In this document: in pieces, positions 9,864 through 18,858 of the stretch | Numbering within the stretch: position 1 is the first letter of the stretch | How the letters are laid out: each line of letters opens with the position of its first letter | Assembly: GCA_049642065.1 (NCBI GenBank) | Contig: JBAROK010000027.1 | Span: forward strand, 14,398 to 78,397 | DNA length: 64,000 nt | Source of the DNA: Candidatus Omnitrophota bacterium | GTDB lineage: Bacteria > Omnitrophota > Gorgyraeia > Tantalellales > Tantalellaceae | Reading direction: 5' to 3' | Program-made: the position numbers and the translations under genes | The notes under the pieces: generated by a model | What the model saw: only the letters and a program-made list of their open reading frames with translations | What the model was told of the DNA's origin: nothing | Databases searched by the model: none

Positions 9864-12320
9864 TTAACATTCAATATTCCATATCTCTTTCGCGTATTCG
9901 GCGACTGTCCTGTCGCTTGAGAACTTCCCGGAATTAGCCGCGTTTAATATGGATTTCTTTGTCCATCCTTCGGTATCCAGGTAAGCCTGCGATACTTTCT
10001 CCTGTGTTAAAAGATAATCCTCAAAATCCGCCAGTACCATGTACACATCATGCCATATAAGGGAATCGTAGATCGGTTTGAATATACCCGCCTCGAACTG
10101 CGAGAAGAAATCTTCCCGGATCAAGCGCATTGCCTCTTCCAAAAGCGGGTTCTTACGCAGGTATTCTCTCGGTTTGTATCCCTTCGCCCTTAAGTTCAGT
10201 ATTTCATGCGCTTTAAGGCCGAAAATAAAAATGTTATCAAGCCCCACCTCTTCGGCTATCTCGATATTCGCGCCGTCCCAGGTGCCAATAGTCACCGCTC
10301 CGTTAAGCATGAACTTCATATTACCCGTACCTGAAGCTTCCCTTCCGGCAGTGGATATCTGTTCCGAAAGGTCGCTGGCGGGAAATATCCTTTCAGCTAC
10401 GCTCACCCCGTAATTCTCTAAAAACACCACTTTTAACTTATCCCTTACATCGGGATCTTTGTTGATGACATCTGCTATATTGTTGATGAACTTGATTATA
10501 AGTTTGGCCATCGCGTATCCCGGAGCTGCCTTACCCGCTACAATAGCTGTCCTGGGCACTATATCAACTTTTGGATCGTTCTTTATGTTTATGTATTGAG
10601 TAATAAGATATAACGCGAATAAAAGCTGCCTTTTATATTCATGTATCCTTTTTATCTGTACATCGAATACAGAATCAGGGTTGATAATAAGTCCTGTCTT
10701 GTCCTTAACGTATCCCGCGAAATTGATCTTGTTTTGTTTTTTTACGTTACGCCACTTATCCTTAAAACCCTGGTCTTCTGCAAAAGGCGCTAGCTCTTTT
10801 AGCTGCGCAAGATCGGTTATCCAGCCGTCACCAACAGTATCGGTTATAAGTGCAGACTGGTCCGGATTGGCTTTTAACAGCCACCTGCGTTGCGTAATAC
10901 CGTTCGTCTTCGAATTGAACCTAAAAGGAAAAAACTCGTAGAAATCCTTGAAAACAGTCGACTCTAAAAGTTCCGTATGCAGCTTTGATACGCCGTTCAC
11001 CGAATGGCTTCCGACTATAGCCAGATGGCTCATCCTTACCTTTTTCTCGGGCCCTTCTTCTATGATAGACATGCGCCTGAGCCTGTCATGGTCATGCGGG
11101 TAATGTTTCGATACTTCACCCAGAAACCGCATGTTTATCTCGTATATCAGCTCCATATGTCTCGGCAGGAGTTTAGCAAGCAGAGGTACCGGCCAGCGTT
11201 CAAGCGCTTCAGGCATTATAGTATGGTTCGTGTAAGCGAATGTGTTCACGGTAATGTTCCATGCCGACGCCCAATCCAGTTCCTCTTCGTCTATCAGTAT
11301 TCGCATCAGTTCCACTATCGCTATCGCCGGATGCGTATCGTTTAACTGGATAGCGACTTTTTCCGGGAAGATATTAAAATCGGAATTATGCATTTTAAAC
11401 CTGCGTATTATGTCCTGCATAGATGCCGACGTGAAGAAATATTCCTGTTTCAACCTGAGCTCAAGGCCTTTATACACGCTATCGCTCGGGTAAAGTACAC
11501 GGGATATGTTCTCGGAAATGATCTTGTCCTCGCAGGCGCGGATATAGTCGCCGGTATTAAAATATTCAAAATCGAACTCGTCCGTACTCTTCGCGGACCA
11601 AAGCCTGAGGTTATTGACCACACTGTTCTTATGCCCCGGTACAGGAGTATCGTACGCTATAGCTAAAACGTCCCGCGTATTGACCCAATCAACACAGAAC
11701 TTACCGTTTTTGTTCACGCGTTTGACGGTCTTGCCATAAAAATGCACTTTAAGAGTAAATTCGGGCCGTTCGAATTCCCAGGGGTTGCCTAGTTTCAGCC
11801 ATTCGTCGGGGAACTCTACCTGATACCCGTTGATGATTTTCTGGTTGAATATCCCATAATCATACCGGATACCATACCCGGTCGCGGGTATGCTGAGAGT
11901 GGCCATAGAATCCAGAAAACATGCCGCAAGACGGCCGAGACCGCCGTTACCCAGCCCGGGATCTATCTCCTGCTCGTAAAGGTCCTCAAGACTGTAGCCA
12001 AGTTCCTCCATGGCCTTCTTGCTCTCCTGTTGCAGGCCAAGATTGAGAACGTTATTGCCCAGAAGCCGGCCGGTAAGGAACTCAAGCGAAAGATAATATA
12101 CCCTTTTACAGTTCTCGTCATGGTACCTTTGCTGTGTAAGTATCCACCGTTCGATAAGCCGATCCCTTATAGCCATGGCCATCGACATGAAATTATCATA
12201 ATCGGTGGCCGTATAAAGGTCTTTAGCCAGCGAATACCTGCGGTTATGCATAAAAGCGTTTTTCAGGCTTTCTACTACCGCATCCTGTTCGGCTTTTTCA
12301 GCAGCTTTCTTATCGCTCAT
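9864..12320 (-). CDS. glgP: Glycogen/alpha-glucan phosphorylase (GT35)
   Basis: 818 aa with the pyridoxal-phosphate site EASGTGNMKFMLNGA and conserved GT35 blocks. Confidence 0.9.
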   Translation of the reverse strand: MSDKKAAEKAEQDAVVESLKNAFMHNRRYSLAKDLYTATDYDNFMSMAMAIRDRLIERWILTQQRYHDENCKRVYYLSLEFLTGRLLGNNVLNLGLQQESKKAMEELGYSLEDLYEQEIDPGLGNGGLGRLAACFLDSMATLSIPATGYGIRYDYGIFNQKIINGYQVEFPDEWLKLGNPWEFERPEFTLKVHFYGKTVKRVNKNGKFCVDWVNTRDVLAIAYDTPVPGHKNSVVNNLRLWSAKSTDEFDFEYFNTGDYIRACEDKIISENISRVLYPSDSVYKGLELRLKQEYFFTSASMQDIIRRFKMHNSDFNIFPEKVAIQLNDTHPAIAIVELMRILIDEEELDWASAWNITVNTFAYTNHTIMPEALERWPVPLLAKLLPRHMELIYEINMRFLGEVSKHYPHDHDRLRRMSIIEEGPEKKVRMSHLAIVGSHSVNGVSKLHTELLESTVFKDFYEFFPFRFNSKTNGITQRRWLLKANPDQSALITDTVGDGWITDLAQLKELAPFAEDQGFKDKWRNVKKQNKINFAGYVKDKTGLIINPDSVFDVQIKRIHEYKRQLLFALYLITQYINIKNDPKVDIVPRTAIVAGKAAPGYAMAKLIIKFINNIADVINKDPDVRDKLKVVFLENYGVSVAERIFPASDLSEQISTAGREASGTGNMKFMLNGAVTIGTWDGANIEIAEEVGLDNIFIFGLKAHEILNLRAKGYKPREYLRKNPLLEEAMRLIREDFFSQFEAGIFKPIYDSLIWHDVYMVLADFEDYLLTQEKVSQAYLDTEGWTKKSILNAANSGKFSSDRTVAEYAKEIWNIEC

Positions 12321-12421
12321 ATATGTCCTTTTTTATCAAGCAGATAACAGAAAACAGAGGTCACGGGGCGAAACGCCTCGAGAGAGCTCTGCTTTCTGTT
12401 ATCAACATCATGATCCTTACT

Positions 12422-13345
12422 TTATACTCCAAGAAGACCAAGAACGTCTTTGATCTTCGCCGTAGCAACACACACGACCGTATCGGCTCCACCGTAATAA
12501 ACGAAAAGTTCGTCCCCTATCTTAACCGCGCCGCAACTGAACGTAACGTTCGGAACGACGCCGTTTTTTTCGTAATCGGTTTCGGGTTCCAGGAAAGGCT
12601 TATCGTACCGTGCTATTACCTTACCGGGATCTTCCAAGTCCAGAAGCGCAAGACCCAGACGATACTGCATCTGCTTATTCACACCGTGGTATATGAGTAT
12701 CCATCCCTTATCGGTCTTTATCGGAGGCGCTCCTCCACCGATCTTGAAGTATTCCCACTCGAACTTCGGGCTCATAAATATCTTCTGGTTTTCCCAGGTC
12801 ACCATATCATCGGAATACGCTATCCACATATGCGGCGGTATCCTGTGCACGAACACGTATTTACCTTTCACCTTCTCGGGGAACAGGAACGAGTTCTTGT
12901 TGTCGACCATATAAAACGGATATTCTCTTTTGCTCCAGTTCCATTTCTTATTGAGAAAATCGTCCACAGAAATGGATGCGATGCCGATCTGTACCCTTTT
13001 AAGCGGGTATACCATACCCATATTCATCCCGTAGGCCGAATAGTTCAGGTATATCCTGTCGTCTATCCTCGTAAGACGCGGATCCTCTATCCCAAGACAT
13101 TCAAGGTCACTGGCCGGGTCCGGAACGAATATAGGATAATCAAGCCTCTCGTCGATATTGAACCCGTCTTTACTTGAAGCGTACCCTATCCTGGAAACGC
13201 CCATCTTAGATCCCTGGGCCCTGTACAGGATGTGCACCTTGCCGCCTTCGTAAATAGCCGCGCAATTATACACCATAATGGATTCCCACGGGCTATTTTC
13301 CAGTGGCGACAGTATCGGATTACCTTTGTATCTTTTTAGTACCAT
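12422..13345 (-). CDS. Glycoside hydrolase family 130 protein (beta-mannoside phosphorylase-like)
   Basis: N-terminus YKGNPILSP...WE...V(Y)NCAAIY and a five-bladed beta-propeller-like composition typical of GH130. Confidence 0.65.
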   Translation of the reverse strand: MVLKRYKGNPILSPLENSPWESIMVYNCAAIYEGGKVHILYRAQGSKMGVSRIGYASSKDGFNIDERLDYPIFVPDPASDLECLGIEDPRLTRIDDRIYLNYSAYGMNMGMVYPLKRVQIGIASISVDDFLNKKWNWSKREYPFYMVDNKNSFLFPEKVKGKYVFVHRIPPHMWIAYSDDMVTWENQKIFMSPKFEWEYFKIGGGAPPIKTDKGWILIYHGVNKQMQYRLGLALLDLEDPGKVIARYDKPFLEPETDYEKNGVVPNVTFSCGAVKIGDELFVYYGGADTVVCVATAKIKDVLGLLGV

Positions 13346-13363
13346 CTCTTTCTCCTTTCATTA

Positions 13364-14443
13364 TTAACTTTCACGTTCTAAAAGATTCTCAAAAAGTTCC
13401 AAAAACTTTTCCGCGGTCGGTTCAGCGGATTTATCTTCCAAATATTCTTCAATGGCTTTCTGCTGCGCCTGGTATTTCTCGCCTTTTTCAAACACCTCTA
13501 CCAAACACTCTTCCAGTTCATAATAATCACGGTACTTGAACACTTCCCTATTGAAAGGATAAACGAAGTTGGAATCAAGCGCGATTATGGGGCATCCCGA
13601 TCCCATACACTGGAACACGGTGCTGCCGACCACCGCTATAGGCATTGAAGGTTTATTGTATATCATACAATCGGCGGCATAAAGGTATTTGTATAACAGG
13701 TCGTGGTCAGGCGACTTTTCTATTATCTTGAGGTCAAAAGACACTTTTGGTTTTATACGTTTAAAGTCTTCAAGAGATTTTTCCGATTCGGTGACCAGTA
13801 CGAGCATGACGCCGTACTTTTCGTTAAGCCTGTCCAGCACTAAAGCGGTATTAAGCGCGTAATCCGATGCCTGTCCGAAAAGCAGCACTATTTTCTTATC
13901 CTTGGGAAGATCAAGCTCCTTCCTAGCCTTGGCCTGGTCGTATTTTTTCAAAGGAAACGACGGATACGGTATTATGGATATCTTGCCTTCAGGATAAGCG
14001 TCTTCCAGGAACTTGAAATACCTGTCATCAAAACAGACGACGTGGTCCCAATCGAACTTGAAGTATTCGGGTTTTGTGGACAGTGTTCCATCGTGGACGA
14101 TATTGACCGTTTTGGCTTTCTTCTTGATCTGGGGAAAAATATGCAAGAGATTGCCCATAGGCAGCATACCGAGGTCTTCTACGACAAATAAATCAAAATC
14201 AGCTTCCAGTATGGGAGCAGTATCTAGCTCAGGGTTAGGAACGCCATAGACCGTAAAACACCTTGTAACATAATTCTCTTCTTCAGCGGCTTTCTTCGTT
14301 AGAGCCGTACCGTGAAAACTGTGCCTATAAAAAGAAAAAACCTTTAGATCTATTCCTTTTTCTACCCAGGCCCTTCCAATAAGCTCGGCATGGATCGATG
14401 CACCTGAATCAGTGTTCCACGCACCCATTAAGGCGATTTTCAT
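13364..14443 (-). CDS. Putative glycosyltransferase (GT-B fold), family uncertain
   Basis: Two Rossmann-like halves are visible (N-terminal MKIALMGAW...; C-terminal ...PIAVVGSTVFQCMGSGCPIIALD). It lies in an operon with GH130 and glgP. The canonical GT4 EX7E motif is absent. Confidence 0.4.
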   Translation of the reverse strand: MKIALMGAWNTDSGASIHAELIGRAWVEKGIDLKVFSFYRHSFHGTALTKKAAEEENYVTRCFTVYGVPNPELDTAPILEADFDLFVVEDLGMLPMGNLLHIFPQIKKKAKTVNIVHDGTLSTKPEYFKFDWDHVVCFDDRYFKFLEDAYPEGKISIIPYPSFPLKKYDQAKARKELDLPKDKKIVLLFGQASDYALNTALVLDRLNEKYGVMLVLVTESEKSLEDFKRIKPKVSFDLKIIEKSPDHDLLYKYLYAADCMIYNKPSMPIAVVGSTVFQCMGSGCPIIALDSNFVYPFNREVFKYRDYYELEECLVEVFEKGEKYQAQQKAIEEYLEDKSAEPTAEKFLELFENLLERES

Positions 14444-14669
14444 TTATCCCTCCCTTTCAAATAACTATAGCGTCCGGCCTGATGACAGGTATTACGCGCA
14501 TAAAGAAGATTATACTCAATTCTATCCTTCTGTCATTATATCGCTTGACCCGGAGCTGAATTTGAAAAAACCCTTGCGATAAGATATATTATATGTATTA
14601 TATAGTATTACCGCAAGCGTTATAAATGTTTTATATACCCTTTAATATAACGAAAGGACGTAACTTACC

Positions 14670-14683
14670 CCCTTTTAAAAGGG
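14670..14683. promoter_or_regulatory. Perfect 14-nt palindrome CCCTTTTAAAAGGG about 20 nt upstream of the SPS-like gene start, in a divergent intergenic region
   Basis: The palindrome is read directly from the sequence. It could be an operator or a hairpin in the 5' UTR. Confidence 0.2.
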
Positions 14684-14701
14684 TTACCGGACATTTTCAT
14701 A

Positions 14702-15958
14702 ATGAAACCTAAAATTAAACGCATATGCATGCTCACCATCCACGGGTACGTATCAAAAAAGCCTACCCTGGGCAAGACCGATACAGGCGGCCAGGTCACG
14801 TACGTATTGGAACTCTCCAAATCCCTGGCTAAAAAAGGAATCAAAGTCGACATATATACCCGGAAATTCCAGAACCGCAAGACCATAGAGCAGGTGTCCC
14901 GGAACGTACGGATAATACGCATCCCCTGCGGAGGCAAAAAGTTCATCCGCAAAGAGAGCCTTTTCCCCTACTTGGGCACTTTTGTTAGCAACATGGAAAA
15001 GTTCATCAAAAAAGAAAACCTCGAATACGATATATACCATTCACATTATTGGGACGCGGGTTACATAGCCATGAAACTCACCGAAAGACTCGGGTCTTTT
15101 TTCGTGCATACTTTTCATTCACTCGGCGCCTGGAAAAAAGAACATATGGGCGGCGACCCCAAGGAGATGGAAAAGAAATTCAGGTTTAAAGAACGTATTA
15201 AATGCGAAAAACAGATATTCAGGAAAACACGCGCTATCGTGATGACGAGCCCGGACATGATATACAGTTCCAAAAAGTTTTATAATTACACGGAGAAAAA
15301 ACATATAATCATCCCGGCCGGCGTAAACCTCGATATCTTTCATCCTCTTAAAAAGGGAGAAAAAGAAAGAAAAATAGATGTTCCCCAGAACTATATATTC
15401 TGGGTTGGCAGGTTCGATACTAACAAGGGGCTGGATTATCTGTTGCGCGGGTTCGCCGAAGTCGTAACAAAAGCAAAAGATCTTTTTCTGGTGATCGGCG
15501 GCGGATCAAAGAACCCGAAACCCATAGAAAAATCTCTCAGAAAAGAACTTAAAAGGATCATAAAAAAATACGAGCTCAAGAACAGGGTTTTCTTTACGCA
15601 CCATATAAAGGACAAGCTCATACCCTCGTATTACAGAAAAGCCAAGTTCTTTGTCCTGCCTTCAAAATTCGAGCCCTTCGGCATGACGGCCGCCGAAGCT
15701 ATGGCCTGCGGCACCCCGCTTGTAGTCAGTAAACGTGCTGGGATCAGAAGGTACCTCAAAAACGGCGAAAACTGCCTGGTCGTACACGCTTCCAACAAGA
15801 AAGACCTGGGCTGGGCTTACCGTGTGCTCAACAAGAATTCTTCTTTCCGCAGAAAGATCGCCAGGAATGGGCTGAAACTAGCCCGAAGCAAGTTCAGCTG
15901 GACGCATATCTCCGATAAAAGTCTGCACTATTACAATAAGCTTCTCAGAGAAAACTAA
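14702..15958 (+). CDS. Sucrose-phosphate-synthase-like GT4 glycosyltransferase (SPS/MfpsA-type glycosyltransferase domain)
   Basis: N-terminal MLTIHGYV...GKTDTGGQVTYVLEL is the SPS-family signature, and a GT4 C-terminal domain is present (FVLPSKFEPFGMTAAEAMACGTP). Confidence 0.75.
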   Translation: MKPKIKRICMLTIHGYVSKKPTLGKTDTGGQVTYVLELSKSLAKKGIKVDIYTRKFQNRKTIEQVSRNVRIIRIPCGGKKFIRKESLFPYLGTFVSNMEKFIKKENLEYDIYHSHYWDAGYIAMKLTERLGSFFVHTFHSLGAWKKEHMGGDPKEMEKKFRFKERIKCEKQIFRKTRAIVMTSPDMIYSSKKFYNYTEKKHIIIPAGVNLDIFHPLKKGEKERKIDVPQNYIFWVGRFDTNKGLDYLLRGFAEVVTKAKDLFLVIGGGSKNPKPIEKSLRKELKRIIKKYELKNRVFFTHHIKDKLIPSYYRKAKFFVLPSKFEPFGMTAAEAMACGTPLVVSKRAGIRRYLKNGENCLVVHASNKKDLGWAYRVLNKNSSFRRKIARNGLKLARSKFSWTHISDKSLHYYNKLLREN

Positions 15959-15990
15959 AAAACGCGATCATGTCGAAGTCGTAGGAATAA

Positions 15991-16026
15991 AAAAAGTCCG
16001 GGATTAGTCCCGGACTTTTAGTTTTG
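15991..16026. terminator. Bidirectional rho-independent terminator between the convergent SPS-like gene and the histone-like gene
   Basis: Sequence AAAAAGTCCGGGATTAGTCCCGGACTTTTAGTTTT. Perfect 9-bp stem, 4-nt loop, A-run upstream and T-run downstream. Confidence 0.6.
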
Positions 16027-16042
16027 AATTTCTTGCTAAATA

Positions 16043-16321
16043 TCACTTCTTTTTAGCAGGTTTCTTCGCCACCGTTTTCTTCGCCGCAGGTTTGGCGGCT
16101 TTTTTTACGGTCTTTTTAGCGGCTGGTTTAGCAGTTTTTTTAGTACCTTTTTTCTTAGCGACTTCTTTCACAAGGTCCCGAATATCAACAATGGTCATAC
16201 GGCGGAACTTCTCTTCGGGAATACCTGCTGCCAATAACCTTCTCTTCTGCGATAAAATTCTCTGATTTTTCTTAGCACCGGTTTTTTTGGGACGAGTGCG
16301 ATAATTTTTTCTTGGTTTCAT
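16043..16321 (-). CDS. Lysine/alanine-rich basic protein, histone H1-like nucleoid protein
   Basis: 92 aa. The C-terminus contains KKTAKPAAKKTVKKAAKPAAKKTVAKKPAKKK repeats and the N-terminus is basic. Confidence 0.55.
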   Translation of the reverse strand: MKPRKNYRTRPKKTGAKKNQRILSQKRRLLAAGIPEEKFRRMTIVDIRDLVKEVAKKKGTKKTAKPAAKKTVKKAAKPAAKKTVAKKPAKKK

Positions 16322-16388
16322 GTCCTGTCTCTCCTTAATTTATATCTTATTTGATATCTCTAAACTCTGAGCTCTGTATTATACACGA

Positions 16389-17813
16389 TTACTCAGCGTT
16401 TTCAACCCCTTTTATTCCTATATCCAGTATGAATATATCATCTCTGGACTTGCCTGACTGGTACCTGTCGACATTTTTTAAAAGCGCCCGGTTGAACTCT
16501 TCTGCCGGCAGGTCCCGGTTCTTTGCAAGGAACTCTTCAAGCCTTTCGCCGCCATACTGCACACCTTCTTTATCTACCGTCTCGATCAATCCGTCGGTAA
16601 AAAGCAGTATCCTGTCACCTTTTTCCACTTTGACTTTAGTCTCATACAAACCATTATCTTCAAGCGGTATACCCAAAAGACTTGCCTGGGCTTTAAGCGG
16701 GACTATCTCATCTTCTTTGGAATGATATACATACTGGGGCGGATGGCCGTAATTGGAATACTTAAGGCACATCTCGTTCAGGTCCACAAGACCGCAAAAA
16801 GCGCTGAGATACATCTCCGTGCCCGCGAAATCCTGTTCTATAAAACTGTTCAAGTCCCTAAGCAGGACCCCGGGACCTTCCCCTTCCTGCACAAGCCTTT
16901 CAAATTCGGCATGTATCCTGTTCACCAATAGAGCCGCCGATACGCCATGACCGGTAACATCGCATATGATAAAGATAAATTTGTTGTTATCGAGGAACTT
17001 GTATTTTGCGTAATCCCCGCCCATATAATAGACCGGCAGGTAGCTTACAGCTATATCCACTTTAGGGGACTTCATAGACTCCGGTACAAGCGTCTTATGG
17101 ATACGTGTGGCAAGCTCAAGTTCTTTGCTCATCTGGTCGCTTTGTTCTTCCACTTCCTTGAAAAGCACAAAGTTCTCTATATCCCTGGCCGTTTCTTTCA
17201 TCCGCACAACAATGCATAGAGAAAAAGCCATCATAAGAAAGATAAGACCGTCGAGATATTGATTAAGACCAAAAGATACTATATCCGTCCCAGTCAGATG
17301 TTTCACGTAGAGAAAGGTCGCCGAATACGCGATAACATGCATCAGGCCTATAATAATGATCTCTATAGGTTTCCAAGGTATCGTAACGGATACGAGAAAT
17401 ATAGTGAAAACAAAAATGGAAGCGGATATTACAGGGGCATCTCCATAGACCATGCCTAGTTTCACAAGCACCACAAGGATCAAAGCCGTAAATAAATAAG
17501 CGTTGACCTTGGCTATTAAAAGCGACTTCGTCTTCCAATTAAAGTAAAGGATGATACTCGCTGCTATAAAAAGGACACCTCCTAGAATAATATCTAAGGT
17601 TATCACTGTATCCGGATATATGATAAGACTGCTTATAACAGCGGAAAAATACAGGATGATGGCTAAAGCGCAAAAAAGATTAACCCTGCTCTTTATGAGA
17701 CGCGTCTGCTCAAATATGAAACCGGCAACATATTTTTCGGGAATATCTTTTATGGATTTGAATTTGCCAGGCTTGTGCTGGTCGTCTTTTTCCTGTTTGA
17801 ATGGCCAAGTCAT
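16389..17813 (-). CDS. Membrane-anchored PP2C-type serine phosphatase (SpoIIE/RsbU family) with an N-terminal multi-TM sensor domain
   Basis: The C-terminal PPM domain carries DVTGHGVSAALLV and a terminal DG...TDG motif, and 6 or more N-terminal TM helices are predicted. The start was placed at MTWPF (17813) rather than the ORF-track TTG at 17951, because a promoter-like element for the divergent EamA gene lies at 17882-17911. Confidence 0.65.
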   Translation of the reverse strand: MTWPFKQEKDDQHKPGKFKSIKDIPEKYVAGFIFEQTRLIKSRVNLFCALAIILYFSAVISSLIIYPDTVITLDIILGGVLFIAASIILYFNWKTKSLLIAKVNAYLFTALILVVLVKLGMVYGDAPVISASIFVFTIFLVSVTIPWKPIEIIIIGLMHVIAYSATFLYVKHLTGTDIVSFGLNQYLDGLIFLMMAFSLCIVVRMKETARDIENFVLFKEVEEQSDQMSKELELATRIHKTLVPESMKSPKVDIAVSYLPVYYMGGDYAKYKFLDNNKFIFIICDVTGHGVSAALLVNRIHAEFERLVQEGEGPGVLLRDLNSFIEQDFAGTEMYLSAFCGLVDLNEMCLKYSNYGHPPQYVYHSKEDEIVPLKAQASLLGIPLEDNGLYETKVKVEKGDRILLFTDGLIETVDKEGVQYGGERLEEFLAKNRDLPAEEFNRALLKNVDRYQSGKSRDDIFILDIGIKGVENAE

Positions 17814-17881
17814 ATTACGAAAATAACATATAACTAACGACCCTTCAAGCCTTTTTGTTCTTCGGCATTTAAACCCGAGTG

Positions 17882-17911
17882 TTGACTTAGCACCTGTTAT
17901 CGAATTATACT
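17882..17911 (+). promoter_or_regulatory. Sigma70-like promoter for the EamA transporter gene
   Basis: TTGACT (17882-17887), a 17/18-nt spacer, then TTATAC/TATACT (17905-17911). The element lies about 30 nt upstream of the ATG at 17943. Confidence 0.35.
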
Positions 17912-17942
17912 GTAATAAAACATCCTGAAAAGGCATCACTAA

Positions 17943-18842
17943 ATGGATCAATTGAATTTAAGTTATACTGTTATCGGATGTATCGCCGCTTTAATATCTT
18001 CAGCCGCCTGGGCTTTTGATCCGATCTTATTCAAGAAACTTGGTGAAAAGGTTTCTCCGATCGCCATGAATCTCGGCAGAGGTCTTTTCGGAATAGTGTA
18101 CCTGGGCATACTTCTTCTTTTCTTCGGCATGGAACCTATCCCCGGCCGTGCTTTCTTTTTCCTCGGCATAAGCGGTATCCTGGGCATAGCACTAGGCGAT
18201 ACTTTCTTCCTGATGGGTCTGGTCCGGCTGGGACCGCGCCTATCCGTTCTTATGGAAACTCTCTGCCCGGCGTTAACGGTGCTCCTGGCGGTCCTTTTCC
18301 TCAAGGAAAGACCTTCACTACAGGTATGGGCAGGCATAGTCCTTACCATAGGGGGCGTTAAATGGGTCCTATGGGAAAGAGCTCCCCGCGAAAGACTTAA
18401 AGGAAACTGGCGCTCTGGCATAAAGTTCGGCATTCTTTCTGTGACATGCACATCTGTCGGTATAATCTTCGCTAAGATCGGCCTGGCACAGGCTTCGCCT
18501 ATCGAAGCAACGATAGTGAAACTTCTTTTCGGAAGTCTGGGCCTGTTGATGTGGGGACTCGTGGGGTTCAAGATAAAAAAATGGATATCCCCTTTTAAAG
18601 ACACTAAATTGATAGTGAAATTGTCTTATGCTGTTTTTGTGGCTATCGGTATAGGGTTGCTTTTCTCTGTAATAGCGCTTAAATACACTAACGCCTCAAT
18701 AGCCGTATCCTTGAATTCAACCAGCCCTCTTTTTGTTATGCCGATGGTGGCTTTAATGTTCAAAGAAAAAATATCGCTTAGATCGATCTTGGGTGCATTA
18801 GTAGCAGTTCTTGGAATAATCTTGATTTTCCTGTATAGTTAA
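17943..18842 (+). CDS. EamA/DMT-family transporter (10 TM)
   Basis: 299 aa with two duplicated 5-TM EamA halves. Confidence 0.75.
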   Translation: MDQLNLSYTVIGCIAALISSAAWAFDPILFKKLGEKVSPIAMNLGRGLFGIVYLGILLLFFGMEPIPGRAFFFLGISGILGIALGDTFFLMGLVRLGPRLSVLMETLCPALTVLLAVLFLKERPSLQVWAGIVLTIGGVKWVLWERAPRERLKGNWRSGIKFGILSVTCTSVGIIFAKIGLAQASPIEATIVKLLFGSLGLLMWGLVGFKIKKWISPFKDTKLIVKLSYAVFVAIGIGLLFSVIALKYTNASIAVSLNSTSPLFVMPMVALMFKEKISLRSILGALVAVLGIILIFLYS

Positions 18843-18858
18843 GTATATTTCTATTAAT

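Noticed and set aside
12323-13177. 284-aa plus-strand ORF
   Set aside because: It lies entirely antisense to the well-supported GH130 gene. It has no SD, low-complexity odd composition, and looks like a shadow ORF.
14444-14701. Divergent AT-rich intergenic region examined for a small ORF or riboswitch
   Set aside because: The only ORF is a 95-aa minus-strand frame (14665-14952) that overlaps the SPS-like gene antisense. Palindromes are noted as possible operators, but there is no convincing riboswitch-like conserved structure.
16060-16150. Short direct DNA repeats (GCGGCTTTTTTTACGGTCTTTTTAGCGGC...), considered as a CRISPR-like or tandem-repeat element
   Set aside because: They are the coding repeats of the lysine/alanine-rich tail of the histone-H1-like gene. 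There is no spacer-repeat architecture and no cas genes.
16389-17951. ORF-track start (TTG at 17951) of the PP2C gene overlapping the EamA gene start
   Set aside because: It would place the divergent promoter (TTGACT-N17-TATACT at 17882-17911) inside the coding sequence. An internal ATG at 17813 gives a cleaner divergent arrangement. The call remains uncertain.
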